DNA of 64,000 nt from Hyalangium versicolor (GCF_020103695.1 NZ_JAHXBF010000014.1:172297-236296); one strand, 5' to 3'. Numbered from the stretch's first letter, positions 1 to 10,464 are shown. Made by a program: numbers and translations. The notes: a model not told the origin generated them from the letters alone.

Positions 1-229
1 GGTGGAGAAGTTCAGCTACCTGAAGATCGGCCTGTCCGCCGTGCTCGTGTTCGTCGGCGCGAAGATGACCCTGGTGGACTTCGTGAAGGTGCCCGCCGCC
101 GTGTCCCTCGGCGTCATCGCCCTGCTCATCGGCGGCTCCGTGCTGGCCTCGTTCCTCAAGGCGCGCTCGGATGAGGCCGCCAAGGGCAAAGAGGCGCACG
201 GCCGCACGGCTTCCGGCACGACGCCCTAA
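1..229 (+). CDS. TerC-family integral membrane protein, C-terminal fragment (5' end lies outside window)
   Basis: ORF open to the window edge. Hydrophobic C-terminus KIGLSAVLVFVGAKM...ALLIGGSV resembles TerC C-terminal helices, followed by a charged tail. Confidence 0.55.
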   Translation, partial: VEKFSYLKIGLSAVLVFVGAKMTLVDFVKVPAAVSLGVIALLIGGSVLASFLKARSDEAAKGKEAHGRTASGTTP

Positions 230-555
230 CGCACCGTCTCCAGGAAACGGAGCCAGGACTCGACCATCTCCTCGAACTCCTCCAGCGTCACCTCACGCAC
301 CCGGCCGGGGACGGCGATCTCGCTCTCGATGATGGCCCGCCCCCGGCTCAGCTTCACGCTCCAGGACTCCCCGTCCGCCAGCCACGACGAGTGGCTGCCC
401 CGGCGCAGCGCTCGGATGATGTCGAGCAACCGCTTGCACCGGCGCGGATCGTTGCGAACCTCCTCGGACAGGTAATGGGCAAGGACGTCGTCTGGCGGCT
501 CCCCGAGGGCTTGGACGTGCCCCTCCTGGTCCCATGTGAACCGCAGTTTGTGCAT
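226..555 (-). CDS. UPF0231/YacL-like hypothetical protein
   Basis: 109 aa. The segment ALRRGSHSSWLADGESWSVKLSRGRAII resembles E. coli YacL ([25 protein letters not shown]). Overlaps the TerC stop by 4 nt, convergent. Confidence 0.45.
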   Translation of the reverse strand: MHKLRFTWDQEGHVQALGEPPDDVLAHYLSEEVRNDPRRCKRLLDIIRALRRGSHSSWLADGESWSVKLSRGRAIIESEIAVPGRVREVTLEEFEEMVESWLRFLETVR

Positions 556-755
556 CGCTCGACTCCTGGACCCCGCGCCAGTGTCGCATGGAGATCACCC
601 CGCTGAGCAGGGCTTGCAACGCTTCGTGTCAGGTGCAGGGGCCCGCGAGCAGGGCTCCGCCGCCCGAAGTGATGGCTACCGGGCAACTCGAAGCCAGAAA
701 AAGCGAAAGGTCGTGAGCCCTGGGGAATTCATCCCGGACTCACGACCTCTCTGAG

Positions 756-827
756 TGGGCGCAGCAGGGTTTGAACCTGCGACCCCTGCCGTGTGAAGGC
801 AGTGCTCTACCGCTGAGCTATACGCCC
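756..827 (-). tRNA. tRNA-Val (anticodon CAC)
   Basis: Reverse complement reads GGGCGTATAGCTCAGCGGTAGAGCACTGCCTTCACACGGCAGGGGTCGCAGGTTCAAACCCTGCTGCGCCCA. It has a 7-bp acceptor stem, a GTTCAAA T-loop, anticodon loop TTCACAC, and no encoded CCA. Coordinates are +/-2 nt. Confidence 0.85.
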
Positions 828-885
828 GTGGCGCCGTTGCGACGCGGGGGTAAATGCCATCCGCCCCCTCACGTGTCAACGCTAT

Positions 886-1164
886 TCAGCCGTCGTTGAG
901 TGAGTCCAGCTTCTCGTCCAGTTCGCGCAGCCGGCGCTTGAGGCTGGAGAGCTTCTTGCCCACCGCCTTGAAGTCGCTTTTGGGGGCGAAGTTCAGGGCG
1001 CGCATCAGCTCTTCCTGGCCCTTGTCGAACGCCTGCTTGCCCCGCTGAACCTTCCCGATGGCATTGGCGACCTGCATGGCGCGCTTCTCGTCCGCCATGA
1101 GCTTCTCCATCGCCTTGCTCGAGACGCCCAGCGCCTTCTTCTTCAGCTCATCCGCGAAACCCAT
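886..1164 (-). CDS. small coiled-coil hypothetical protein
   Basis: 92 aa, Lys/Glu-rich with a heptad-like pattern (KLSSLKRRLRELDEKLDSL). High-GC third positions. Lies just upstream of the SCP2 gene on the same strand. Confidence 0.45.
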   Translation of the reverse strand: MGFADELKKKALGVSSKAMEKLMADEKRAMQVANAIGKVQRGKQAFDKGQEELMRALNFAPKSDFKAVGKKLSSLKRRLRELDEKLDSLNDG

Positions 1165-1186
1165 GTGAGGTGCCCCCCGCGGACCG

Positions 1187-1612
1187 TCACCGGTCGTCGA
1201 TGAACTCGGTCTTCAGCGCAGCGAAGACGCGATCCGCGATCCCTTTGTACCTCATCCGCTCGATGAGCGGTTGGAGATCGCCCTTCACGGAGATGCGGCG
1301 CTTGAGCACCGCCTCCACCGGGTCCAGCGTCCCCTGGAGGAGCTGTTTCCACACGGAATACGGCGCCCGAGCCACATAGGCGGGCTCGAACTCGTCCAGA
1401 TCGTCCGGATCATCCAGCAGCCGGAGCTTCTCGAGGCGGCCGTTCTTGGGGGTGATGTGGATGACGAAGACCTTGGCCAACTTACCCGGCTCGGGGTCCA
1501 CCACCGCTCCGAAGTCGCCGGTCCACCCCTGGCCCGCCGCCACGGCCTCACGGTCCTCGTTGGTGAGCCGGACTGCCTCCTCACACCACTCCTTGGATGG
1601 AAACTTCGGCAT
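1187..1612 (-). CDS. SCP2 (sterol carrier protein-2-like) domain protein
   Basis: 141 aa from an internal ATG (MPKFPSKEW...) that begins 11 nt after the Hsp70 stop. SCP2-like pattern (VFVIHITPKNG..., KGDLQPLIERMRYKG). The longer 210-aa ORF would overlap the Hsp70 gene. Confidence 0.7.
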   Translation of the reverse strand: MPKFPSKEWCEEAVRLTNEDREAVAAGQGWTGDFGAVVDPEPGKLAKVFVIHITPKNGRLEKLRLLDDPDDLDEFEPAYVARAPYSVWKQLLQGTLDPVEAVLKRRISVKGDLQPLIERMRYKGIADRVFAALKTEFIDDR

Positions 1613-1623
1613 ACCGTCTCCCG

Positions 1624-3237
1624 CTACCTGCGGCGGAACACCCGGGTGATGCTGGACAGGAGTCCACCGCTGCCCTCGGAGGGCTGTGGCTCGGCCGGGG
1701 GTGGCTCCTTCGGGAGCGACTCCTCGATGGCCTTCTTGAGCGCCTCGGGCGTGTCCCGGGTGGCTAGGTCCACCTTCTTCATGGTGGCACCGTCCTCCAC
1801 CAGCACCTGGAGGAGGCACTCCTCCGTCAGCTTGAAGTCGATCTTCCGCCCGGCGAACGCGGCCGGCAGGCGCACCGTGCCCAGGTACTCGTTGTCGACG
1901 ATCAGGTCGCTGTCACCCTGGTAGATGTCCAGCTCGATGTGGGGCGAGTTGGCATCCCTTGGGGTCGGCAGCCGGAAGCTCTTCACCACCGGGATGAGCG
2001 TGTTCTTGTCGATGATGCGCTTGACGCGATTGTTGGGCAGCCCGTAGCCGATGGGCATGGACAGCGCGTCCAGCAGCGTCACCGAGTCAATGCTGCCCAG
2101 CGAGTCCCCCAGCAGCGCCGCGCCCAGGGCCACGCACTCGTCCGGATGCACGCCCTTGCGTGGCGGCTTGCCGAAGTGCTCCTGGATCTTCTGCTGCACC
2201 AGCGGCATGCGGCTCTGGCCACCCACGAGGATGATCTCGTCGATCTCCGAGCGCTTGATGCCCTTCTCCTCGAGCACCCGGTCGCAGATCTCGAAGGTCC
2301 GGTTGACCAGGTCTCCCGTGAGCGCGTTGAGCACGTCGCGGGTGAGGGGGATGCGCAGGTCCACCGGCTTGCCCTTGCGCTCCTCGATGAAGGGCAGATC
2401 GATGAGGACGTTGAGGCGCAGGGTGAGATCGATCTTCGCCGCCTCGGCGGCGTTCTTGATGCGCTGCAGGGCGATGGGGCTCTGCGAGAGATCGATCCGG
2501 TGCTCCTCCTGGAACTTCTCGAGCACGTAGTCGATCACCCGGTTGTCGAAGTCCACGCCGCCCAGGAAGGTGTCTCCACCGGTGGCGAGCACCTCGAAGA
2601 CGTTGCCGGTGAGCTGCAGCACGGACACGTCGAAGGTGCCGCCGCCCAGGTCATAGACGAGGATCTTCTGATCCAGGCCGCGGTTGAAGCCGTAGGCGAG
2701 CGCGGCGGCGGTGGGCTCGTTGACGATGCGCTTCACGTCGAAGCCGGCCAGACGCCCGGCCTCCTTCACCGCGTTGCGCTGATTGTCGTTGTAGTAGGCC
2801 GGCACCGAGATGACGGCCTCTTGAATGGGCCCGCCGAGGAACTGCTCGGCGATGGTCTTCAGCTGCCCGAGGATGAGGCTGGCCACGTGGGGCAGCGAGT
2901 ACGTCTTCCCACCCAGGTTCACCGCCGCGTCCCCGTCCGCCCCCTCGACAATGTCGTAGTTGAAGTAGCTCTTGAGCTCTTCGACGACCTTGGAGTGGTA
3001 CTTGCGTCCGATGAGCCGCTTGGTGCCGTAGAGCGTGTTCTTCGGGTTCGTCACCATCTGATCCTTGGCGACGCCACCGACCTGCAGGTCTCCCTTGCTC
3101 GAGAGCGCCACCACGGAGGGGAGGATGAGGTTGCCGCGATCGGTGGGGACGATCTTCGGGATGCGGTTGCGCACGGACGCGACCAGCGTATTGGTCGTGC
3201 CCAGGTCGATCCCGACGATGCGAGGTTTGTCCGCCAT
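1624..3237 (-). CDS. Hsp70-family chaperone, short-lid (HscC-like) paralog
   Basis: [14 protein letters not shown] (phosphate-1), [14 protein letters not shown] (phosphate-2) and [13 protein letters not shown] (adenosine) motifs. The beta-sandwich substrate-binding domain is present. The protein stops at 537 aa without the helical lid or EEVD tail. Confidence 0.85.
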   Translation of the reverse strand: MADKPRIVGIDLGTTNTLVASVRNRIPKIVPTDRGNLILPSVVALSSKGDLQVGGVAKDQMVTNPKNTLYGTKRLIGRKYHSKVVEELKSYFNYDIVEGADGDAAVNLGGKTYSLPHVASLILGQLKTIAEQFLGGPIQEAVISVPAYYNDNQRNAVKEAGRLAGFDVKRIVNEPTAAALAYGFNRGLDQKILVYDLGGGTFDVSVLQLTGNVFEVLATGGDTFLGGVDFDNRVIDYVLEKFQEEHRIDLSQSPIALQRIKNAAEAAKIDLTLRLNVLIDLPFIEERKGKPVDLRIPLTRDVLNALTGDLVNRTFEICDRVLEEKGIKRSEIDEIILVGGQSRMPLVQQKIQEHFGKPPRKGVHPDECVALGAALLGDSLGSIDSVTLLDALSMPIGYGLPNNRVKRIIDKNTLIPVVKSFRLPTPRDANSPHIELDIYQGDSDLIVDNEYLGTVRLPAAFAGRKIDFKLTEECLLQVLVEDGATMKKVDLATRDTPEALKKAIEESLPKEPPPAEPQPSEGSGGLLSSITRVFRRR

Positions 3238-3327
3238 GGAAATCCAGAGGCGCTGATCAGACGAGACGCAGCGCCCTCCACTTCTGTATCACGTCAATGA
3301 GCCGCACGCCCGTTTCTGGCCATCGCC

Positions 3328-5445
3328 CTACGGGTCGACATCGGACTCCGGGTCTGGAGGAGCCCCCACCCCGGGCGCAACCCCACCCTCCAACGCCTTC
3401 ATGCCCTCCAGGCGAGGAAGCACCGGTGTCTCCATCGCCTCCAGGATGAGCCGGTCATACGGAGCGTCCTCTGCCACGGGCAGTTCTTCGATGAACCGCG
3501 ACTGGCGGAGGATGATTCGCGCCCCATCCTGGGGGTTCGTGGTGAGCGGGTAGATGAGCGACAGCTCGTCCTTGGCCCGGGTCACCGCCACATAGAAGAG
3601 CCGCCGCTCCTCCTCCTCCTCCTCCGGGTTGCGGATGGCCGTGATCAGCGGGAACCGCCCCTCGGACAGCCAGATGACGAACACGGCCTTCCACTCCAGC
3701 CCCTTGGCCTGGTGGACGGTGGAGAGCGTCAGGAACTCGTCCGGCTCCTCCCCGGACATGGCGTCCTCGGCGGAGAACTCGGCAACCAGGGCGATCTCGG
3801 ACAGGAAGCGCGGCAGGTCCTCGAAGCGGCTGGCGTACTCGGCCAGTTGGCGGATGTCCTCCTCGCGGCGCTCCTCGGCGACGAACTCGGCCCGGAGGTA
3901 CTCGCCGTAACCGCCCGTGAGCACGTCCTCCACGAGCTGCCCTGGGGTGCGCGCGGCGTCCGGCCGGGTGAGGCGCGCCACCATCGAGGTGAAGCGGGTG
4001 AACCCCGAGGACCCCTTCCGAGGCACGTGGCGGCGGACATCCGGGTGGCCGAGCCGCTCGTGGATGGGCTGCTCCGGCGGCAGGGTCAGGAGGGCGGTCC
4101 AGAGAGACTCGGCGGTCGCCGGGCCCACCCCGGACACCAGCCTGATCACGCGCTTGAAGGCCAGCTCGTCGCCTGGGTTGTGGGCGAAGCGCAGGTGGGC
4201 CAGCACATCCTTGATGTGGGCCTGCTCGAAGAAGCGCACACCGGAACGGACCCGGAACGGGATGCCGCGCTTCGTCAGCTCGAGCTGCAGCTCCATGGAG
4301 TGGCTGTGTGCCCGGTAGAGCACCGCCATCTCCTCCAAGGGTGTCCCCTCGTCTCGCAGCTCCAGCACGCGCTGGGCGACGAACGCGGCCTGCTCGTCCA
4401 CGTCCTTGGTGGGCACCAGCACAGGCCTCGCGCCGCTCGGGCGCTCCGCCTTGAGCTGCTTGGGGAACTGGCGCTGGTTGAGCGCGATGGAGGCGTTGGC
4501 CAGCTGGAGGATCTCCGGCGTGGAGCGGTAGTTGCGCGTCAACGGGTACACGCCGCAGCCGGGGTAGCGCTTGGGGAAGTCGATGATGTTCGTGAAGTCC
4601 GCGCCCCGGAAGCTGTAGATGGACTGGCAGTCGTCCCCCACCACCGTCAGGTTCTTCCGCTCGCCCACCAGCAGATCCACCAGATCTCCCTGGAGGCGGT
4701 TGGTGTCCTGGTACTCGTCCACGAGGACGCACTGGAACCGCTCGACGAGCTGCGTGCGCACCGACTCGTGCTCGGCCAGCAGCCGCTTCAGGTGCAGCAG
4801 CAGGTCGTCAAAGTCCATCAGGTTCATCTGCTGCTTGCGCTGCTGGAAGCGCAGCGCCACGGCCAGCACCTCCTCCGCCAGCGGCAGGAACTGCGGCCGG
4901 TCCTGCACCAGCACCTCCGACAACGAGCGCTGCAGGTTGATGGCCGTGGACACCATGTCCAGCACCACCTCCGCTCGGGGGAAGCGCCGCTCCTTCGAGA
5001 TCTTCCGCTCGGCGATGCACGAGGCCATCAGGTCCCGCACATCCTCGCGATCCAGCACCGTGAAGGCTTGGGAAAACCCCAGGTTCTGCGCGAACTGCCG
5101 CAGCAGCGCGTGCGCCGCGTGGTGGAAGGTGCCCCCGAGGATCCGGCGCACGTCCACGAAGCCTCCGGCCAACTCCTCCACCCGCCGCGTCATCTCTCTC
5201 GCAGCTTTGTTGGTGAAGGTGAGCAACAGGATGCCCTCAGGGGGAATCCCGCGCTCCAGCAGCCGCGCCACCCGGAATGTCAGCGTCCGCGTCTTGCCCG
5301 AGCCCGCTCCAGCGATGACCAGCGCTGGTCCGTCCCCGGCCTCCACGGCCTGGAGCTGCTCGTCGTTCAAGAGCCCCGCATAGTCGATCCGCAAGGCGGG
5401 CTTCGCCGGAGCAGCGACCTTCAGCGTGTAGGTTCGCGTGGCCAT
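3328..5445 (-). CDS. UvrD/PcrA/Rep-family ATP-dependent DNA helicase
   Basis: 705 aa. Walker A GAGSGKTRT, motif II VLVDEYQDTN, and the QAKGLEW and VAVTRAK helicase motifs of superfamily 1A. Confidence 0.85.
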   Translation of the reverse strand: MATRTYTLKVAAPAKPALRIDYAGLLNDEQLQAVEAGDGPALVIAGAGSGKTRTLTFRVARLLERGIPPEGILLLTFTNKAAREMTRRVEELAGGFVDVRRILGGTFHHAAHALLRQFAQNLGFSQAFTVLDREDVRDLMASCIAERKISKERRFPRAEVVLDMVSTAINLQRSLSEVLVQDRPQFLPLAEEVLAVALRFQQRKQQMNLMDFDDLLLHLKRLLAEHESVRTQLVERFQCVLVDEYQDTNRLQGDLVDLLVGERKNLTVVGDDCQSIYSFRGADFTNIIDFPKRYPGCGVYPLTRNYRSTPEILQLANASIALNQRQFPKQLKAERPSGARPVLVPTKDVDEQAAFVAQRVLELRDEGTPLEEMAVLYRAHSHSMELQLELTKRGIPFRVRSGVRFFEQAHIKDVLAHLRFAHNPGDELAFKRVIRLVSGVGPATAESLWTALLTLPPEQPIHERLGHPDVRRHVPRKGSSGFTRFTSMVARLTRPDAARTPGQLVEDVLTGGYGEYLRAEFVAEERREEDIRQLAEYASRFEDLPRFLSEIALVAEFSAEDAMSGEEPDEFLTLSTVHQAKGLEWKAVFVIWLSEGRFPLITAIRNPEEEEEERRLFYVAVTRAKDELSLIYPLTTNPQDGARIILRQSRFIEELPVAEDAPYDRLILEAMETPVLPRLEGMKALEGGVAPGVGAPPDPESDVDP

Positions 5446-5495
5446 GAGCCCTCCGACTCTAACCTCCGCACTCGCGGCGGGCAGGGAAAATCTGT

Positions 5496-7187
5496 TCAGT
5501 CCCCTCGCGCGGAGATCGCGGCGAGCCGAGCCGCCGCCGTAGCGCGAACTTCCGGTGAAGGATCCCGCTCCTTCGCCACCTGCAGGAGCACCGGAGCGAG
5601 CTTGGGCAGCTTCGCTCCCACCGCGCCCAGCGCCTCCGTGCGCTCCTTCACCGCGCTGACCAGGCGCTCATGCACCTGCTGATCCCGGCACAGGCGCACG
5701 CCTGCGTTCTGCTGGCGCAGCAGCAGCTCCGCGTCCGCCAGCCGGGCCTCCGAGAGCTTCACCGCATCCTGCGCCGCCCGCTCGAAGGCGCTCAGATCCT
5801 CGGGGAACTCCGTGGCCTGCTTGCGCGCCTGAGCGATGGAATCCAACGCAAAGCGCGCGTTCTCCGCCGCCGCGCAGAGCTGACGGGCCGAGGCCAACGG
5901 CACCCCACCCTCGGAGGACACCAGCTCCTCCTTCGCCACCCCGAGCGCCCACAGCGCCAGCTGCCGCGCCGCCACCGCCGCCGAGAAGGGCTGGCGGCGC
6001 TCCTGGCGAATCTTCACCCAGCGGCGCAGCACCACCGGATCCGGGTTGTTGGTGTCGAAGGCGCGCTGGTACTCGGTGGCCGCCAGATCCAACTGCCCAG
6101 TGAGATCCAGCAGCGCCGCGATGGTCAGGTACACCTCCGCGCTGCTCGCGCGCTCACGCAGCGTCTCCAGCCGCACCGCCACCTCGTACTCGGCCACGTC
6201 CCGAGGCAGGGCGCGCAGCACCGTCTGAAGGCTCTCCAGCGCATTGAGGCGGATCAGCGGGTTGCGCGCCGTGCGAAACGCGTTGAGCAGCGGATCCACC
6301 GCGCGCACCGACACGTGCTGTCCCAGCTCCTCCGCCGCCTGCCAGCGATCCAACGGATCCAGCGCCGCGAGCGACTGCTGCAGATCCCCGATGTCCCGCA
6401 GGTAGAAGTCCACCCGCGAGGCCTGGGCCAACGGCTCCTTCGAATTCAGCGTCTCACGCACCGCCTTCGCCCGAGCCAGCCGCTGGGGAAAGTCCTTCAG
6501 CTGCGGCCCCAGCGGATGCGCCTTCACCTTCGCCTCGGCATCCTCCAGGAGCCCCGAGACGAGCAGTCCCTCCACCTCCAGATCCAACAGCCGCACCTTG
6601 GCCTCCTCGCGGTGCTGGCCCGCAGGGAAGTCCCGCAGGTACGCAAACAGCTTCGTCGCTCCCGAGGCCCGCGCCTGCGCGAACGTCTGATCGTCCAGCC
6701 GCGCCTCCACCTCCTGCCGCCGCGGATCGTCCCCTGCCTGGCGCAAGTAGGCCGAGAGCTGCTTCGGATCCGCCGTCGTGCTCAGCTCCTTCTGCTCGGC
6801 CTCGGCCATCAGCCGCTTGGCCTCCTCGCGCTGCGACCCGTCCGGGTGATCCGCCAGGAACTGCCGCCAGGCGGCCAACGTGCCCGCCTCCTTCGCCGCG
6901 TTGAAGCGCAGGCCCTCCAGCAGAGAGCGCGCCGCGTGGGCCTGCGCCGCCTCCGGATGCGCCTCCAGGAAACGCTTGTAGGCCAGCACCGTGTGGAGCT
7001 TCTGCGCCTGCGTGAACTCCAGCTCCTCGACACGAGCCTCGGCCGCCTCGGCCATCTCGTCCTTCGGGTACTCGCTCAGGAACTGCTGATAGGCCTCCAC
7101 CGTGTCCGCGTCCTTCGCGTGCTGGTACGCCTGGGACGCACAACCTGTGACAGACAACAGCACCGCGAGCGCGAGAACCCTGAGCAT
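5496..7187 (-). CDS. lipoprotein with TPR-like repeats and C-terminal HEAT-like repeats
   Basis: Start placed at the internal Met (MLRVLALAVLLSVTGC), giving a lipobox signal. Repeated 'AYxxFLxxxPxxxxxxEA' units (AYQQFLSEYP, AYKRFLEAHP, AWRQFLADHP, AYLRDFPAGQH). C-terminus has the HEAT-like PSPEVRATAAARLAAI. Confidence 0.6.
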   Translation of the reverse strand: MLRVLALAVLLSVTGCASQAYQHAKDADTVEAYQQFLSEYPKDEMAEAAEARVEELEFTQAQKLHTVLAYKRFLEAHPEAAQAHAARSLLEGLRFNAAKEAGTLAAWRQFLADHPDGSQREEAKRLMAEAEQKELSTTADPKQLSAYLRQAGDDPRRQEVEARLDDQTFAQARASGATKLFAYLRDFPAGQHREEAKVRLLDLEVEGLLVSGLLEDAEAKVKAHPLGPQLKDFPQRLARAKAVRETLNSKEPLAQASRVDFYLRDIGDLQQSLAALDPLDRWQAAEELGQHVSVRAVDPLLNAFRTARNPLIRLNALESLQTVLRALPRDVAEYEVAVRLETLRERASSAEVYLTIAALLDLTGQLDLAATEYQRAFDTNNPDPVVLRRWVKIRQERRQPFSAAVAARQLALWALGVAKEELVSSEGGVPLASARQLCAAAENARFALDSIAQARKQATEFPEDLSAFERAAQDAVKLSEARLADAELLLRQQNAGVRLCRDQQVHERLVSAVKERTEALGAVGAKLPKLAPVLLQVAKERDPSPEVRATAAARLAAISARGD

Positions 7188-7317
7188 CCCCTCACACTTA
7201 TCCCACCCTCCTGGAAACGGAAAACCCAAGCCTCCACGCCCGGTTGTCTGGGTAGGTATTTTGACGACACAGCCGGATGGATCGACCATGTAGCACCTGG
7301 ACTCACAGGGAGGTCTC

Positions 7318-8199
7318 ATGAGGTTCATCGCGCTGCTGGCCGGGATGGTGTGGATGACGGGGTGCGCCACGGGTGCCACGGGAGCGCCTCTGGGCGGCCG
7401 GATGGCCTACGAGAACTTCCGGTACCGGCCTGCTACTCCCGCGGCCATGCCTCGAGGCATTCCGGACGAGGACACGCAGGACGAGTCCGAGGAGGCCATC
7501 GCCGAGGCTTCGCCGAGCACCGATCATCGCACCACCGTGGATGCGGCGAGGCGTCAGGCGAGCCCCGCCACGGCCACGTCCCGGGAGTCTCGCGCCAACT
7601 CGAAGAAGCGCGCGAAGCCCACGCCCCGCCCGGCCCCTGCGCGCGATGCCCGCGAGACGGTGCTCGCCACCGCCCGCGCGCTGGTCGGCAAGTCCCAGGT
7701 GAAGGTGGGAGGCCGCGCCTACCCCAGTGACTGCACCGGGCTGGTGGAGGCCGTCTACGCCCAGGCCGGCGTGTCGCTGCGAGGCACCTCCAAGCCGGGA
7801 GACAACGGCGTCACCGCGCTCTACCGCTACGCGCTGAACCACGGCCGCGTCTACAACGGTGGCCGGCCCGTGCCGGGGGATCTCGTCTTCTTCCGCGAGA
7901 CGTACGATCAGAACCGCGACGGCCGGCGCAACGACGGGCTCACCCACGTGGGGATCGTGGATCAGGTGGACTCGGACGGCACCGTCACCGTCATCCACCG
8001 CGTGAAGCGCGGCGTGGTGCGCTACCGGATGAACCTCTCGAAGCCTGGCGTGGGCAAGGATCCCGACACCGGCAAGATCCTCAACGACACGCTGCGAGCC
8101 CCGGGCTCCGGCCGCTCATTCGCCCTCACCGGCCAGCTCTTCTCCGCGTTCGCCACCGTACTTCCAGGCTCGAAGCCGGTGGTCGTCGCGCAGCGATAG
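7318..8199 (+). CDS. NlpC/P60-family lipoprotein (cell-wall peptidase)
   Basis: Lipoprotein signal LLAGMVWMTGC. Catalytic Cys context YPSDCTGLVEAVY and His context LTHVGIVD typical of NlpC/P60. Low-complexity basic linker between signal and domain. Confidence 0.75.
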   Translation: MRFIALLAGMVWMTGCATGATGAPLGGRMAYENFRYRPATPAAMPRGIPDEDTQDESEEAIAEASPSTDHRTTVDAARRQASPATATSRESRANSKKRAKPTPRPAPARDARETVLATARALVGKSQVKVGGRAYPSDCTGLVEAVYAQAGVSLRGTSKPGDNGVTALYRYALNHGRVYNGGRPVPGDLVFFRETYDQNRDGRRNDGLTHVGIVDQVDSDGTVTVIHRVKRGVVRYRMNLSKPGVGKDPDTGKILNDTLRAPGSGRSFALTGQLFSAFATVLPGSKPVVVAQR

Positions 8200-8217
8200 C
8201 GTTATGTAACGCGCGCC

Positions 8218-10440
8218 ATGATCACCCGGCGTCTGGTCGAGCACTCCAAGGATGTGGCTCGCCTCGCTCCCGTTCGACCCGCGGTGAAGGCGGGGATCCG
8301 CGCCTCGCTCGCCGCCATCCTGCCCGCGGTCCTGTCCAACATCCTCCAGCTCACGGGAGGGCTGTGGCTGAGCGTGGGCGGCTTCAACACCTCCTTCGTG
8401 GACAAGGGCGGCTCGTACCGGGCGCGCGCATCCACCATGGGAGCAGCCGCCCTGGCCGGAGCGCTCTCCGCCACCGTCGCGGGGCTGGCGAGCATGCACC
8501 CCGCCGTTGCGATCCCTGCCGCCCTGCTCTGGGTGACAGCCTGCAGCTATGCCGGCGCGTACGGCACCGCCGCGAGCTTCGTGGGCAACACGGCCGCGAG
8601 CACCTTCGTCATCTCCCTGGCCCTGCCGGGCACGGGGCTCGTCGAGTCGCTGGAGCGCGGGGCCTTCGTGATCGGAGGCGCGCTCTGGGCGATGACGCTC
8701 TCGCTGGTGCTCTGGCCCATTCGCCCGTATCGGCCCAGCCGTCTGGCCGTCGCCCGCTGCTTCCGGGCGGTGGCGGACCTCGCGGCGGACGTGGGGCACC
8801 TCTCCACGCACGCCCAGGGCGATGCTTCCTGGCAGGCGCTGATCCAGCGCCACCACGGGAGACTCCGAGAAACGTTGGAGGAGGCCCGAAACACCCTTGC
8901 TGCCACCCGCCGCGGGAGATCCGAGAGCCATCGCGGGGAACGGCTGCTGGTGCTACTCGAAATCGCGGATGCGATGTTCGGCGTCCTGGTCGGGCTGGGC
9001 GACGTGATGGAGAGCCTGGTGAACGAGGGCGGCTCCGAGCCCGCCCGGGCGGAGGTGGAGCGCACCCTCTCCGCTGCATCCCAGACGCTCCAGGAACTCG
9101 CGCCCATCACCGAGACGGAAGGAGCGCCCCAGCAACTCCCATCCCTGAACTGGGGCGCGGAGGCACTTCGCAAGCTTCTGGACCCTGCCGGCGCGGACAG
9201 CGCATCCCCTGCCCTGCCAGCCTCCGCGCAGGTCAAAACGCTCCACGCGGCGCAGTTGCTGGCGCAGCTCCGAGAGTTCGCTGGGCTGGCAGTGGGCAAC
9301 GCAACCAGCCTCCACGATGATCACCCGACGCACGGTGAGCAGGTGCCCCAGCGTGGAGAGCACTCCGAGCAACGGCCCTCGCTGCTCGAACCGCTGCGGG
9401 TGAACCTCACCTGGAAGTCCATGGTGCTCCGGCACGCGCTCCGGGTGGGCGTCACCACGACGCTGGCGGTGGCTGTGGCCAAGGGCCTGAACCTCAGCCA
9501 CGGCTACTGGGTCACGATCACCGTGCTGACCATCATGTTGCCGTACAGCGGGCCCACCTTCCTCAAGGCCCTGCAGCGCGTGGTGGGCACGGTGGTGGGA
9601 GGGATCCTCGCCGCGGCCGTGGCCGCCGAGCTCCATCACCCGTACGCCATCCTGGTGCTGGTGTTCTTCACCGCCGCCATCAGCGTCGCCGTCATCGTCG
9701 TCAACTACGGCCTGTTCACCATCTTCGTCACGGTGACCTTCGTGCTGCTGGCCGAGATAGGCAGCGGCGACTGGAACCTGGCCCGGGTGCGCATCATCAA
9801 CACGCTCATGGGCGGGGCCCTGGCGCTGGCGGGCTCGTGGCTGCTGTGGGAGCGCCCGGAGAAGGAGCTCTTCCCCGAGCAGCTCGCCGAGGCCCACCGG
9901 GCACAGCGCGAGTACCTGCGGCAGCTCGTCGCCGCCTACCTGGACGGACGGAAGTTCCTGGATCCGGCGCTCTCGGAGGCCCGGCGCAAGATGGGCCTGG
10001 CGACCATCAACGCGGAGACCTCCTTCCAGCGGCTGCTCGCCGAGCCTCGACGGCGGGCCGAACCGATCGAGCCGCCGATGACCCTGCTCGTCTACACCCG
10101 CCGCTTCGCCGCGGCGATGATCGCCCTGTTCACCACGCAGCCCCAACAGGCGACAGTGCAGCTCCGCTCCCTCCTGGAGCGCTTCGCCCAGAACGCCGAG
10201 AAGGTCCTGGACGATCTCGCCGACGCCGCGCTCCAGGGGCGAAACCCCGCGCCGCTCCCCGACTTCGAGGCCGTCCTCCAGCCGAGCCACGCGCCCACCG
10301 TGGAGTCCGCCACCCGACCCGGAGATGACTCGCTGCTCCAGGCCCAGCTCCGCTGGATGGTGCGGCAACTCACCGTGCTCCACGGAGCCGCGTCACGGCG
10401 AAGCGCTCCGCCCGAGACGGGACACGCCCCTTCCGCGTGA
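8218..10440 (+). CDS. FUSC-family (YccS/YhfK-like) integral membrane protein
   Basis: 740 aa. Two hydrophobic multi-helix blocks separated by a long soluble region, the characteristic duplicated architecture of fusaric-acid-resistance/aromatic-acid-exporter family proteins. Confidence 0.7.
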   Translation: MITRRLVEHSKDVARLAPVRPAVKAGIRASLAAILPAVLSNILQLTGGLWLSVGGFNTSFVDKGGSYRARASTMGAAALAGALSATVAGLASMHPAVAIPAALLWVTACSYAGAYGTAASFVGNTAASTFVISLALPGTGLVESLERGAFVIGGALWAMTLSLVLWPIRPYRPSRLAVARCFRAVADLAADVGHLSTHAQGDASWQALIQRHHGRLRETLEEARNTLAATRRGRSESHRGERLLVLLEIADAMFGVLVGLGDVMESLVNEGGSEPARAEVERTLSAASQTLQELAPITETEGAPQQLPSLNWGAEALRKLLDPAGADSASPALPASAQVKTLHAAQLLAQLREFAGLAVGNATSLHDDHPTHGEQVPQRGEHSEQRPSLLEPLRVNLTWKSMVLRHALRVGVTTTLAVAVAKGLNLSHGYWVTITVLTIMLPYSGPTFLKALQRVVGTVVGGILAAAVAAELHHPYAILVLVFFTAAISVAVIVVNYGLFTIFVTVTFVLLAEIGSGDWNLARVRIINTLMGGALALAGSWLLWERPEKELFPEQLAEAHRAQREYLRQLVAAYLDGRKFLDPALSEARRKMGLATINAETSFQRLLAEPRRRAEPIEPPMTLLVYTRRFAAAMIALFTTQPQQATVQLRSLLERFAQNAEKVLDDLADAALQGRNPAPLPDFEAVLQPSHAPTVESATRPGDDSLLQAQLRWMVRQLTVLHGAASRRSAPPETGHAPSA

Positions 10441-10464
10441 AGCCACCGCGCCGCCCCGCCGGGC

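Noticed and set aside
756-827. tRNA-Val as a possible integration hotspot
   Set aside because: No integrase, direct repeat of the tRNA 3' end, or compositional shift is visible nearby. The flanking genes are core housekeeping.
1939-3300. Long ORFs antisense or out-of-frame to clear genes (e.g. 1939..3300 +, 3712..5682 +, 5670..7730 +, 8953..10383 -, 11048..13198 +, 14507..16390 +, 20061..21770 -, 24470..26263 +, 34200..36899 +, 46381..48213 -, 48292..51168 -, 56010..58433 +)
   Set aside because: Their translations are Arg/Ala/Gly/Pro-rich with no domain signatures. Each fully overlaps a gene with strong family motifs on the other strand or frame. This is typical of stop-codon-poor frames in 70% GC DNA.
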